Shown in pieces: positions 37,885 through 46,973 of a stretch of DNA of 64,000 nucleotides. Origin of the DNA: Candidatus Moraniibacteriota bacterium (lineage in GTDB: Bacteria > Patescibacteriota > Minisyncoccia > Moranbacterales > UBA1568); the NCBI GenBank assembly GCA_052035095.1, contig JBPOHW010000002.1, positions 11,405 to 75,404 of the forward strand. The letters are read 5' to 3'. Both the position numbers and the translations under genes were made by a program. The notes beneath the pieces were generated by a model. That model searched no databases and had not been told where the DNA came from. It saw nothing but the letters and a program-made list of their open reading frames with translations. The number at the start of each line of letters is the position of its first letter. Position 1 is the stretch's first letter.

Positions 37885-39330
37885 CTAGTAATCCTTGAGC
37901 TTCTTCACAATGGAGTGCTCGCGGATTTTCTCGAGCGCTTTCGCTTCAATTTGTCGAATGCGTTCGCGCGTCACGCCGAATTCCTGTCCCACCTCTTCGA
38001 GTGTATGGACGATGCCATCCTCGAGTCCGAAGCGGATTTTCAAGATTTTTTGCTCGCGCGGCGAGAGCTCTTCCAAGACCTCGGCAATGTGTCCCGAGAG
38101 GAGTTTCCTCGCCGCGGATTGATGCGGCATAATTGTCTCGGTGTCTTCGATGAAGTCGCCGAGAACACTCTCATCATCCGAATCGCCGACACTCGTCTCG
38201 AGCGAAACGGTCTCCTGTGAGATCTTCTGAATATGTCGAATTTTCTCCACCTCAACGCCCATCTCAACGGCGATCTCCTCCGGCAGAGGCTCCCGACCAA
38301 GCTCCTGCACGAGGCGACGCGTCACTTGGGAATATTTATTGATCGTCTCCACCATATGAACAGGGATGCGAATCGTCCGCGATTGGTCCGCCAAAGCACG
38401 CGTAATCGCCTGTCGGATCCACCACGTCGCGTAGGTGGAAAATTTGAAGCCTTTGCGAAAATCGAATTTCTCCACAGCGCGAAAGAGTCCGATATTCCCC
38501 TCCTGCACGAGATCGAGGAGCGAAAGGTTGTGCGAACGACCGACATACTTCTTGGCAATCGAAACCACCAATCGCAAATTCGCCTCCGTCAAACGCTGTT
38601 TGGCCGAGGCATCGCCCGCTTCGATTTGCTTGGCAAGACGCACCTCCTCTTGTCCGGAAATGAGCGACACGCGACCGATCTCCCGCAAATACATTTGCAC
38701 CAAGTCCGACGAGTCGCCCCCTTCTTCTTCCGCACGCTCCGGTCCGCCCAAAATCGAAGACTCTTTCTTCTTTGGCGGCTTCTTCCCCTTTCCGGTGAAT
38801 TCCTCTCCGATCTTGTCGGTTTCGAGCTTCAGCATATCGCTCGAATCCACCACTTTGACGCCACTCGTCTCAAACTTTTCATACAGATTCTCGAGACTCT
38901 CGAGATCCTGTTCGATATCCGGCAAAATATGAATAATTTCGTCTTCCGTCACAAACCCACGCTGTCGTCCGCGAAAAAGAAGCTCATCAAAGGCGCTCGC
39001 GCGTTTGGTTTCTTTTTCCTGCTTCTTCACCTCTCGTTCCGCTTTCGTAAGCGGAGTTTTCTTCTCGAGATGTATCGACTTTTTGGGCGCCGATCCCTTC
39101 TTCGGTGTCGGTTTTTTGGCTAACTGACGATTGGATCCGGATTTTTTCAGCGGCTTTTTCTTAACCGTAGGCGCTTTCTTTGTATTCTTGGAGTGCTTCA
39201 TGGGAGTTTTCGATTTCTTGGATACGGACCGAACGTGTTTCTTCGCCGGCTTTGCGGGCGATTTCTTCTTGGAGAGCAATTTCGCCTTCTTCTTGGACGA
39301 AGCAGAGCGAGAAGCGGGTATGCGCGCCAT
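37885..39330 (-). CDS. rpoD: RNA polymerase sigma-70 factor RpoD with ~120-aa lysine-rich N-terminal extension
   Basis: Regions 1.2-4 ([54 protein letters not shown]). Confidence 0.9.
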   Translation of the reverse strand: MARIPASRSASSKKKAKLLSKKKSPAKPAKKHVRSVSKKSKTPMKHSKNTKKAPTVKKKPLKKSGSNRQLAKKPTPKKGSAPKKSIHLEKKTPLTKAEREVKKQEKETKRASAFDELLFRGRQRGFVTEDEIIHILPDIEQDLESLENLYEKFETSGVKVVDSSDMLKLETDKIGEEFTGKGKKPPKKKESSILGGPERAEEEGGDSSDLVQMYLREIGRVSLISGQEEVRLAKQIEAGDASAKQRLTEANLRLVVSIAKKYVGRSHNLSLLDLVQEGNIGLFRAVEKFDFRKGFKFSTYATWWIRQAITRALADQSRTIRIPVHMVETINKYSQVTRRLVQELGREPLPEEIAVEMGVEVEKIRHIQKISQETVSLETSVGDSDDESVLGDFIEDTETIMPHQSAARKLLSGHIAEVLEELSPREQKILKIRFGLEDGIVHTLEEVGQEFGVTRERIRQIEAKALEKIREHSIVKKLKDY

Positions 39331-39633
39331 AAAAAAGAGAAGAGAAAAGAGACAATCTTACCCGATTGTCTTTCGCCTCTTGTATTAACCACTTTCATCC
39401 TACACGAGAGCGGAGAGAGAGTCAAAAAATTCGCACCAAAAAGTTCTCAAAAATACAACGGGGCGATCATACATTTATGTCGCCCCGTAAACAACTCTTC
39501 ACAAGAAACACAAAGCTCCGACAAACGCGAAGAAAACAAAAAGACGAAGACTGATCTGCGAAGAAGTCACGTCCATTCGCAGTATCTCCCGCCCGCGTTT
39601 ACGACCGTTCATACGACACCTCCCGCCATCAAG

Positions 39634-39798
39634 TTAAAACAGAAATTGCGGGTCGTTGGACACCGCTCTCAATACCCACTCCGGAATCGAATCCTCCGGT
39701 TCGGCAACTCGGTTCCTTCGATTTCCCGAAAATAGACCCCACACGATAATAATGCAAAGAAGAATCAGCCATAAAAGAGGAAACCATTTCGAACTCAT
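39634..39798 (-). CDS. small hypothetical membrane peptide (54 aa)
   Basis: GGAGG RBS 8 nt upstream of ATG; MSSKWFPLLWLILLCIIIVWGLFSG TM helix; below ORF-track size cutoff. Confidence 0.3.
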   Translation of the reverse strand: MSSKWFPLLWLILLCIIIVWGLFSGNRRNRVAEPEDSIPEWVLRAVSNDPQFLF

Positions 39799-39801
39799 AG
39801 G

Positions 39802-40461
39802 CTATACCTCCTTTCGATCAGACAAATGTGATGTGTCATTCCAACGAAGTTTTTCCAGTGTTTTTGGAAATCCGTCCCGCCACCCGACAAGAATTTCCGT
39901 GATGGAGCAGTTGTCAAAGCCGCCCCCGCCCCACGAAAGGTACGTTGCCAGATCTTTCGGGAAAACATTTTCAAGCACCATCAGGAAACACTTGGAAACC
40001 GTCCCGTGACCAACGATGAGAATCCGTTGGTCGAAAAATTCCGGCAAAAGGAGGCCGCGAACACTTCCTCTCACCCGTTCCCATGTATCCCTCAGAGACT
40101 CGCCGCGATTGGGTCGGAACGAAACCGGATCAGGCGACTCATTATGCTGTCGCCTCGCCTCCTCATTCGAAGATCCTACAAGATCTCCATAGTTTCTTTC
40201 ACGAAGCCATTTCAGATATCGTCTCGGTACATGATCGTGAAATCCCACAAGCGCGATATCAGCCGTTTCTTTCGCGCGATCGGAATCCGCAACGACAATT
40301 TGAGAAAAACTACTTTCTCGAAGTGCGCTCCGCGCCAGTTCAGCCTCACGCCGCCCTCGTTCGCTCAACCGACCAAAAAACGAGTGTTGGATACAGCCCG
40401 CCTCAAGCATATCCGTTGATCCGTGCCGAAGGAAAGTAATGTGGAGATGCCCTTTATTCAT
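39802..40461 (-). CDS. histidine phosphatase family protein (phosphoglycerate mutase-like)
   Basis: LRHGST (RHG motif), later VGHG; 219 aa. Confidence 0.7.
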   Translation of the reverse strand: MNKGHLHITFLRHGSTDMLEAGCIQHSFFGRLSERGRREAELARSALRESSFSQIVVADSDRAKETADIALVGFHDHVPRRYLKWLRERNYGDLVGSSNEEARRQHNESPDPVSFRPNRGESLRDTWERVRGSVRGLLLPEFFDQRILIVGHGTVSKCFLMVLENVFPKDLATYLSWGGGGFDNCSITEILVGWRDGFPKTLEKLRWNDTSHLSDRKEV

Positions 40462-40641
40462 AGCTTTCTTCCCCTTGTAAAAGTACTGCTCAAGACGCGT
40501 CGGGTCGCGTCCACCCTCCTCCGGAGAGGAGTATCCATTTTGTACCGTACAAATCTCATACAGTCAATGAACGCAGACTATCTTGACACACACCCACTCT
40601 ACACGGTACACTCTAATTCGGACTGAAAGAGTCCGTTTTCT

Positions 40642-41109
40642 ATGAAAGTATCACAAAAAGCTTCCTACGGACTTCGGGCACTCACGGCGCTCGTTCAATA
40701 CCCAAACGGGTGTTCGGCGCGTATACTCGCCCAGGCGGAACACATTCCCGAGGATTATCTCGAGAAAATCCTCCAGCACCTGAAACGAGGCGGCTTTGTG
40801 ATATCCGAAAAAGGCGTCCGGGGCGGTTATATGCTTGCCAAAACACCGGAAATGATCACGTCGTGGGAAGTGATCGAGGCGCTCGATGGCGGATTCCGAG
40901 AAGCAACTCGTCCCGCTTTCGCCGGCACGCTTGCCCCCTGCCCCATTCTCTCTCACTGTCACACTAAAAACGTCTGGGAACAACTCGAAGGCATCATCAA
41001 AAACACCCTCTCCAAAGTCACCCTCGCCGATTTGGTGCCGAAGGAAACACACCGCAAAAATTTTCAATTATCAATTCACAATTTTCAGAAAGCACCGTCT
41101 GGAAATTAA
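40642..41109 (+). CDS. Rrf2-family transcriptional regulator (IscR/SufR-like) heading the SUF cluster
   Basis: MKVSQKASYGLRALTALVQYP... wHTH. Confidence 0.85.
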   Translation: MKVSQKASYGLRALTALVQYPNGCSARILAQAEHIPEDYLEKILQHLKRGGFVISEKGVRGGYMLAKTPEMITSWEVIEALDGGFREATRPAFAGTLAPCPILSHCHTKNVWEQLEGIIKNTLSKVTLADLVPKETHRKNFQLSIHNFQKAPSGN

Positions 41110-41158
41110 AACATTGAAAGTTCATTTGAAAATTGATCATTGGTGTTTGAAAATTTCT

Positions 41159-41875
41159 ATGCTTCAACTCAAAAATCTCACCGCCTCGATCGAAGGCAAA
41201 ACCATCCTCAATGATATTTCTTTTTCGCTTGAAACGGGAAAGACCTATGCGCTTCTGGGACCCAACGGCTCCGGCAAGTCAACGCTCGCCGGCGCGATAC
41301 TCGGTCGTCCCGATATCGTCACTGGCGAAAAATCCGACATTCTCTGGGAGGAAGAGTCTCTCCTCCCGCTCTCTCCCGACCGACGCGCGCGGCTCGGCAT
41401 TTTCGGCTCTTTCCAATCGCCGCCCGCGCTCCCGGGCGTTTCGATCTTTTCTCTCCTTCGTTTCGCTCTCCCGGAAAGTTCCGCCCTCGACACGCGCCGC
41501 CTCGTTGAGACCTATGCTAAAGAACTCGCTATTCCCCCGTCCCTCCTCCACCGCGGTCTCCACGACGGCTTCTCGGGTGGCGAAAAGAAAAAATTCGAAG
41601 CGCTTCTCTGGGCACTGCTTGCGCCAAAAATTTCGTTCTTCGACGAACTCGACACCGGCGTCGATGTCGACGCGCAAAAAATCATCGGGAACTTTTTGAA
41701 AACCCACCGTACGCCCAATCAAACTTTTATCCTCATCACTCACTCAACCGCCTTCCTTGACCTGCTTCCGCCGGACGAAACACTCGTCATGAGAGAAGGA
41801 AAACTCGTAAAAACCGGAGGCGGCTCGCTCGCGAGACGAATTATCGAGAAGGAAGGATTTGAAAGGCAAGAATGA
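41159..41875 (+). CDS. sufC: Fe-S cluster assembly ATPase SufC
   Basis: GPNGSGKSTL Walker A, LSGGEKKKFE signature; start trimmed to MLQLKNL (ATG 41159). Confidence 0.9.
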   Translation: MLQLKNLTASIEGKTILNDISFSLETGKTYALLGPNGSGKSTLAGAILGRPDIVTGEKSDILWEEESLLPLSPDRRARLGIFGSFQSPPALPGVSIFSLLRFALPESSALDTRRLVETYAKELAIPPSLLHRGLHDGFSGGEKKKFEALLWALLAPKISFFDELDTGVDVDAQKIIGNFLKTHRTPNQTFILITHSTAFLDLLPPDETLVMREGKLVKTGGGSLARRIIEKEGFERQE

Positions 41876-41891
41876 GGAATGAGGAATGAGG
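41871..41891. repeat. heptanucleotide tandem repeat (AATGAGG)x3 overlapping sufC stop
   Basis: Direct reading; TGA occurs in all three frames. Confidence 0.85.
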
Positions 41892-41903
41892 AATGAGGCA
41901 AAA

Positions 41904-42052
41904 GAAAAAGGATTTGTGTATTTGTCAAAGAGAAAGAAATTAACGGAGGGGCGAACACGCTAAAAAAAATTAACCATGAGAATTTCCGTGTGAAAACTCC
42001 CCCTTCAAGCTATTCATACTCCCCGGAGCATTTCTTGAACGTGACAAATACA
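41904..42052. repeat. MITE-like element copy 1 with 19-bp terminal inverted repeats (GATTTGTGTATTTGTCA.../...TGACAAATACACAAATC) in sufC-sufB spacer
   Basis: TIRs read directly; internal sequence ~90% identical to 44217..44346. Confidence 0.65.
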
Positions 42053-42070
42053 CAAATCCTGACGCTAACT

Positions 42071-43474
42071 ATGCAACACCCTAAGGAAGACACGCTCGAT
42101 TTCGACACTCGCTTCGGCTTTTCTATGCCGGAGGTTTCGTCGCGCAAAATACAGCCGGGACTCACGAAAAAAACCGTCGAGGAAATTTCTCGCATCAAGA
42201 ACGAGCCCGCGTGGATGCGAGATTTCCGAGTGAAGAGCTACGAAATTTTCAAGAAGAAAAAAATGCCCGCGTGGGGACCGAATCTCTCGGATATAGATTT
42301 CAAAAACATCACCTACTATCTCCAGGCGACCGAAGACCGCTCGACATCGTGGGATGAGTTGCCGGATGAAATCAAAGAAACCTATGACAAAATCGGCGTT
42401 CCCGAAGCGGAGAAAAAATATCTCGCGGGCGTCTCGGCGCAATACGAATCCGAAGTCGTCTACGAAAGTATGAACCGAGAACTCGAACGACAGGGCGTTA
42501 TCTTTTGCGATATGGACACGGCGGTCAAGAAATATCCCGAGCTCGTGCAAAAATATTTTGGCACGCTCATCCCGCCACAAGACAACAAATTCGCCGCGCT
42601 CAATTCCGCCGTCTGGTCGGGTGGCTCATTCGTCTATATGCCAAAGGGTGTCAAAGTCGCGCTTCCGCTTCAGGCATACTTCCGCATCAACAGCGAACGC
42701 TTCGGACAATTCGAACGCACACTCATCATCGCGGACGAAGAAAGTAGCGTCCACTACACCGAAGGATGCACCGCCCCCACCTACTCAACCAACTCGCTCC
42801 ACGCGGCGGTCGTCGAAGTCTTTGTGGGGAAAAACGCACGCGTCCGTTACACAACGGTGCAAAACTGGAGCAACAATATCTACAACCTCGTCACCAAGCG
42901 CGCCCGCGCCGAAGAAAACGCAATTATGGAATGGGTCGACTGCAACATCGGAAGCAAAGTGACAATGAAATATCCGTCCGTCTACCTCACGGGGAGAGGC
43001 GCGCATGGCGATATGCTCTCGATCGCTTTGGCCGGAGCGGGACAAATTCAGGACGCGGGAAGTAAAATGTTTCATCTCGCCCCCCATACCACCTCGCGCA
43101 TTCTCTCCAAATCCATTTCCAAAAATGGCGGACAAGCCTCCTATCGCGGACTCGTCCATATCGGCAAAAACGCGAAAAACGCGAGAACCTCCGTCACCTG
43201 CGACGCAATGATGCTTGACGCGGCAAGTCGGAGCGACACCTATCCGAAGATGATGATTGAGCGCGGCGACGCCCACGTTGAACACGAGGCAACCGTCGAG
43301 CGTCTCGGCGAAGAAAAACTCTTTTTCCTTGAGTCCCGCGGTATCACCCGAGAGGATGCCGAAAGCCTCCTCGTGAACGGCTTCATCGAACCCGTTTCCA
43401 AAGAAATTCCCCTGGAATATTCCATCGAGCTCAATCGTTTAATCCATTATGAAATGAGCAAAAAAATCGGGTAA
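42071..43474 (+). CDS. sufB: Fe-S cluster assembly protein SufB
   Basis: 467 aa; SufB/SufD beta-helix family with conserved C-terminal region; start set after the MITE-like element. Confidence 0.88.
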   Translation: MQHPKEDTLDFDTRFGFSMPEVSSRKIQPGLTKKTVEEISRIKNEPAWMRDFRVKSYEIFKKKKMPAWGPNLSDIDFKNITYYLQATEDRSTSWDELPDEIKETYDKIGVPEAEKKYLAGVSAQYESEVVYESMNRELERQGVIFCDMDTAVKKYPELVQKYFGTLIPPQDNKFAALNSAVWSGGSFVYMPKGVKVALPLQAYFRINSERFGQFERTLIIADEESSVHYTEGCTAPTYSTNSLHAAVVEVFVGKNARVRYTTVQNWSNNIYNLVTKRARAEENAIMEWVDCNIGSKVTMKYPSVYLTGRGAHGDMLSIALAGAGQIQDAGSKMFHLAPHTTSRILSKSISKNGGQASYRGLVHIGKNAKNARTSVTCDAMMLDAASRSDTYPKMMIERGDAHVEHEATVERLGEEKLFFLESRGITREDAESLLVNGFIEPVSKEIPLEYSIELNRLIHYEMSKKIG

Positions 43475-43606
43475 CACCGAAAAATTTTCAATGAACAATG
43501 ATCAATTTTCAATGAACACCCCGTCAATCCAAATTTTTCGCTCTGCAAAAAAATAGTTCCGAATTGAAAATTGAAAATTGATCATTGGAAATTGTTTGTA
43601 TTCCCT

Positions 43607-44260
43607 ATGAAACTCTTCAACCTCGCTGATACCGACGCTGAAAAAATCGTGCTCCGCCTCGAGCCGCGTGTCTTTTTTCTGTGGAATCGATCAGGAAATT
43701 TCGAGTTTTCTTTCGAAAAATCCGGATCGGAAGCGCGTATCTTCGCGCTCTTCATCGGGAAAAAAGATGAAGAATTTTCACTCTCCATCGTTCAGCGCCA
43801 CCATATGCCGGACACAAAGTCACATCTCACCGTTTTAAGCATCCTCGACGAACACGCGCGACTTTCCTTTGACGGACTCATTCGAATAGAAAAAAACGCG
43901 TCTCGAAGCGATACCTCCCAACAAAACAAAAATTTTCTCCTCTCCGAAAGCGCGCGCGCCGTCTCAAAACCAACCATGGAAATTCTCGCGCATGATGTCT
44001 CCGCGCGCCACGCCTCGGCAACCGGGACAATAGACAGCGAGGCGATTCTTTTCGCCGAGACGCACGGCATCGCGCACCGTGATGCAAAAAAACTCCTCGC
44101 CGAAGGCGCCGTCAGAAATTTTTTTGACGAAATGCGGAAGTACACCGATAACCCGACAGTGGGAAAATTTGAAAAAGAAGCGATACAAATGTTATTCTCG
44201 CACAGAGAGCGTGCGTCTTTGACAAAGAGAAAGAAATTAACGGAGGGGCGAACGCGCTGA
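43607..44260 (+). CDS. sufD: SufD-like protein (short; C-terminal 14 codons and stop supplied by MITE-like element copy 2)
   Basis: SufB/D C-terminal-like region; follows sufB. Confidence 0.65.
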   Translation: MKLFNLADTDAEKIVLRLEPRVFFLWNRSGNFEFSFEKSGSEARIFALFIGKKDEEFSLSIVQRHHMPDTKSHLTVLSILDEHARLSFDGLIRIEKNASRSDTSQQNKNFLLSESARAVSKPTMEILAHDVSARHASATGTIDSEAILFAETHGIAHRDAKKLLAEGAVRNFFDEMRKYTDNPTVGKFEKEAIQMLFSHRERASLTKRKKLTEGRTR

Positions 44261-44346
44261 AAAAAATTAACCATGAGAATTTCCGTGTGAAAACTCTCCC
44301 TTCAAATCACTCATAATCCCCGGAGCATTTCTTGAACGTGTCAAAG
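44217..44346. repeat. MITE-like element copy 2 (degenerate TIRs TTTGACAAAG/CTTTGACACG) spanning sufD 3' end and sufD-sufS spacer
   Basis: See copy 1. Confidence 0.65.
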
Positions 44347-44386
44347 GCGCACGCTCGGTTTGAATACATACTTATAGATATCATCT

Positions 44387-45610
44387 ATGTTGAATTCTGA
44401 AAAAATCCGCGAAGACTTCCCCGTCTTTGCTCATCATCCCGATCTCGTCTATCTCGATTCGGCGGCAACGACTTTGAAGGTACGTTCCGTGATCGAAAAG
44501 GAACGCGAGTATATGGAAGAATACCCGGCGAATATCTCGCGCGGGCTCTATCCGCTTTCGGAAAAAGCAACCGAGGAATACGAAAAAACACGAGACGCGG
44601 TCGCGGAGTGGATCGGCGCCTCGCGCGAGGAAGTTATCTTCACCAAAGGCACGACCGAGAGTTTAAACCTCCTTTCCTACGCGTTTGAAAAAAACATTTC
44701 CAGCGAGAACAACATCGTCGTGACCGCGATGGATCACCACGCAAACTTCCTCCCCTGGCAAGCGCTCGCCACACGCGCCGGCGCGGAATTTCGCGTCGTT
44801 CCCGTTTCGAAATCAGGAGAGATAGACCCGAACGCACTCGAGAATTTCATTGATCGAAACACCAAAATTTTCGCCTTCCCGCATATTTCCAATGTCCTCA
44901 GCACCATCGTCCCCGTTCAAGCTATTGCGAAAAAAATTCGAGAGCTTGCGCCGGAAGCGAAAATCATCCTCGATGCCGCTCAAGCGGCGGCGCATATGAC
45001 GCTCGACGTGAAAATGCTCGATGTCGATTTCCTCGCCTTTTCCGCGCACAAATGTTTCGGCCCGACCGGCGTCGGCATCCTCTGGGGAGAGTACGCGCTT
45101 CTTGAAGCGCTCCCGCCCTTCCAGTACGGCGGCGATATGGTGGAGAACGCGAGAACCGAAGGTTCAACCTTCAAAAAGCCTCCCCACCGTTTCGAGGCCG
45201 GAACGCCAAACATTTCCGGCGTCATCGCCTTCCGCGCGGCGATTGAGTACATGCAGGCGCTCGGTATGGAACATATTCGCGAACACGAGTTCCTCCTCAC
45301 CGAATACACCCTCGCGAAACTTCGCGAACACTTTCCGGACATCTCCATCCTCGGTTCGGATGAAACACAAAAACGTGGTAGCCTCATTTCATTCACGCTC
45401 CCGGATATTCATCCGCATGATCTCGCCGAAATTTTGGGACAAGAAAACGTCTGCCTTCGCGCCGGCACCCACTGCGCCCATCCCCTCCATAGCGCTCTCG
45501 GCATTCCCGCGACGGCGCGTATGAGTTTCTCGATCTATTCTTCAATAGAAGACATTGACAGGGCAATAAAGTACATGAGAGAAGCATATGAAATATTCTC
45601 AAAAAAATAA
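44387..45610 (+). CDS. sufS: cysteine desulfurase SufS (class V aminotransferase)
   Basis: 407 aa; PLP-lysine region SAHKCFGPTGVG, RAGTHCA active-site Cys. Confidence 0.9.
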   Translation: MLNSEKIREDFPVFAHHPDLVYLDSAATTLKVRSVIEKEREYMEEYPANISRGLYPLSEKATEEYEKTRDAVAEWIGASREEVIFTKGTTESLNLLSYAFEKNISSENNIVVTAMDHHANFLPWQALATRAGAEFRVVPVSKSGEIDPNALENFIDRNTKIFAFPHISNVLSTIVPVQAIAKKIRELAPEAKIILDAAQAAAHMTLDVKMLDVDFLAFSAHKCFGPTGVGILWGEYALLEALPPFQYGGDMVENARTEGSTFKKPPHRFEAGTPNISGVIAFRAAIEYMQALGMEHIREHEFLLTEYTLAKLREHFPDISILGSDETQKRGSLISFTLPDIHPHDLAEILGQENVCLRAGTHCAHPLHSALGIPATARMSFSIYSSIEDIDRAIKYMREAYEIFSKK

Positions 45611-45746
45611 TACCCACCCATATCTTTCTGGACTAAAATTTCCAATTCCGAGTTTCGAATTTCGATTCAAAGTTTAAAGGATTCAATTTCAAAAATCCGT
45701 CATTTGAAAATTGATTCAAAATTCATCACTTGAAATTTAAAATTCT

Positions 45747-46115
45747 ATGAACCCAAGCGATCTCATCCTCGATCACTATCATCATCCGAAAAACTTCGGA
45801 TTGCTTCCCGGCGCGACCCATCACGCCAAAACGGAAAATCTCTCTTGCGGGGATTCGCTCACAGTGGACATCGAGATAAAAGATGATAAAATAGAACGTA
45901 TCGGATGGATCGGTAGCGGGTGTGCCCTCTCACAAGCGAGCGCCTCACTCCTCTCGGAATCCGTGAAGGGAAAGTGCGTCAGTGAAATGAAAAATCTTTC
46001 AAAAGAAACTGTTTTTTCCTTACTCGGAACAAACGAACTTTCTCCCACTCGCGCACGGTGCGCATTCCTCTCGTTGGAAACACTCCGGAAAGCACTCGAA
46101 AACAATAATCAATAA
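45747..46115 (+). CDS. sufU: SufU/IscU-like Fe-S scaffold (NifU family)
   Basis: ILDHYHHPKNFG, LSCGDSL, GSGCALSQAS motifs. Confidence 0.85.
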   Translation: MNPSDLILDHYHHPKNFGLLPGATHHAKTENLSCGDSLTVDIEIKDDKIERIGWIGSGCALSQASASLLSESVKGKCVSEMKNLSKETVFSLLGTNELSPTRARCAFLSLETLRKALENNNQ

Positions 46116-46119
46116 GGAA

Positions 46120-46398
46120 ATGCATATGTCGAATGTGAAAGACGCGGCAAAGCCGCACGGTCCGATTGTACTCTCGAATGGCTGGACGGTTGAAGTGGAC
46201 GCGAATGTCTGTATCGGCGCCGGTCCCTGTGTCGGTGTCGCGCCCAAAACGTTTGAACTCAATGATCAAGCGAAGGCGGTTATCTTGGAAGGTTGTAACG
46301 AAGACGACATTGAAACCATTTTGAACGCCGCTCGCTCCTGTCCCGTCTCCGCTATCACGGTGAAGAACGAAAAGGGCGAGGTGGTGTTCCCGAACTGA
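46120..46398 (+). CDS. small ferredoxin-like protein (single 4Fe-4S cluster type)
   Basis: 92 aa; CIGAGPC...C Cys pattern. Confidence 0.55.
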   Translation: MHMSNVKDAAKPHGPIVLSNGWTVEVDANVCIGAGPCVGVAPKTFELNDQAKAVILEGCNEDDIETILNAARSCPVSAITVKNEKGEVVFPN

Positions 46399-46402
46399 AA
46401 GA

Positions 46403-46714
46403 ATGAAGCCGGAGAAACCCACGAAAGCCACCGTCACAAAAGCACTTGAAACCGTTCTCGATCCCGAGCTCGGAGTTTCGATTGTGGACTTGGGACTCGT
46501 CTATGATGTCACCATCAAAAAAGGCGCTGTAAAAATAACGATGACTCTGACCACGATTGGGTGTCCGCTCTTTCAGACGATCGAGAATGAAGTGAAAGAA
46601 AAAGTATCGGCGATTCCCGGCGTCACAACGGTCGAAGTCGAACTTACCTTCAATCCCCCGTGGGACCCCTCTCGCCTCTCCGAAAAAGCCAAAGCGGAAT
46701 TAGGGATGGAATAG
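46403..46714 (+). CDS. sufT: SufT/DUF59 (MIP18-family) Fe-S assembly protein
   Basis: VLDPELGVSIVDLGLVYDV...TLTTIGCP DUF59 signature. Confidence 0.8.
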   Translation: MKPEKPTKATVTKALETVLDPELGVSIVDLGLVYDVTIKKGAVKITMTLTTIGCPLFQTIENEVKEKVSAIPGVTTVEVELTFNPPWDPSRLSEKAKAELGME

Positions 46715-46760
46715 AGAGAATTTTCAGTGATTCGTTTTCAATTTTCAAAGCGTACGTTCT

Positions 46761-46973
46761 ATGGATGATGAAATACGCGCACGGTTCGATGCGCAAGAGG
46801 CGAAGCTTTCCGCCATCCAAGTTTCGGTTGAGAAAATCCGGAAACAACTCTTCTGGAAGTCCGTATTCAGTACACTGCTTTTTCTCCTCCCCCTGATCGG
46901 TCTCGCCGCTCTCATCCCGTGGCTTTTCAACACGCTTTCAGATTCACTTTCGTCATTGTCCACTATCCAATGA
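46761..46973 (+). CDS. small hypothetical membrane protein
   Basis: 70 aa with one TM helix; low support. Confidence 0.3.
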   Translation: MDDEIRARFDAQEAKLSAIQVSVEKIRKQLFWKSVFSTLLFLLPLIGLAALIPWLFNTLSDSLSSLSTIQ

